A stretch of 50,301 bases of DNA, counting the filler, from an uncultured virus (IMG/VR IMGVR_UViG_2061766007_003888) (lineage: Duplodnaviria > Heunggongvirae > Uroviricota > Caudoviricetes). It is 5 parts of one record of this genome, joined end to end, with 100 filler letters (N's around TTAATTAATTAA, not from the genome) between each part and the next. Parts side by side here need not be neighbours in the genome. Positions count along the whole stretch, not along the records: positions 42,314 to 50,301 come from IMGVR_UViG_2061766007_003888; 4 more parts are not named here. One strand, given 5' to 3'. A program made the position numbers and the translations under genes. Of this stretch, positions 50,285 to 50,301 are shown one piece after another. Each line of letters starts with the position of its first letter. Positions within the stretch are counted from its first letter, which is position 1. The notes beneath the pieces were generated by a model. That model ran no database searches. It worked only from the letters and a program-made list of their open reading frames with translations, and had not been told where the DNA came from.

Positions 50285-50301
50285 TCCAGTACCTCCAGCG
50301 C

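Noticed and set aside
1..50301. Near-identical tandem and inverted gene duplicates beside 10-N gaps
   Set aside because: Typical of scaffolding a mixed-strain population. Copies end abruptly at gaps, so they are treated as alleles, not true duplications or inversions
1..50301. Stop-codon reassignment
   Set aside because: Genes end at TAA, TAG and TGA, with normal density and stop-start coupling under the standard code

Overview
The window is not one contiguous locus. It is a concatenation of metagenomic scaffolds joined by N..TTAATTAATTAA..N linkers (8278, 10316, 29510, 42258), with many 10-N gaps flanked by near-duplicate strain variants. The content is the accessory/early region of a large, probably T4-related dsDNA phage: about 100 small hypothetical ORFs, two tRNA(CAT) genes, a gp68-like basic protein behind a TATAAATA box, an LbetaH protein, an outer-membrane beta-barrel and a Ser-rich lipoprotein (Fibrobacter-like, so host is an inference). 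Four patterns stand out. (1) At least 25 small proteins from three paralog families plus unrelated singletons end in the same C-terminal motif, (N-x3-)[LIV][DE]xL-x(0-2)-stop, which is absent from the roughly 30 genes at 11.5-25.6 kb. (2) More than 40 copies of a promoter cassette (TTTACG/TTGACA-17-TATATT, then either AAGAGAGGT or a leaderless ATG) occur, with filled/empty and gene-swap alleles visible between strain copies. (3) A TTGACCTC motif complementary to that RBS sits between stop codon and terminator in four 3' UTRs. (4) One of these UTRs looks like a peptide-encoding sRNA with C-rich loops. All protein family calls are from motif recognition, not database searches.
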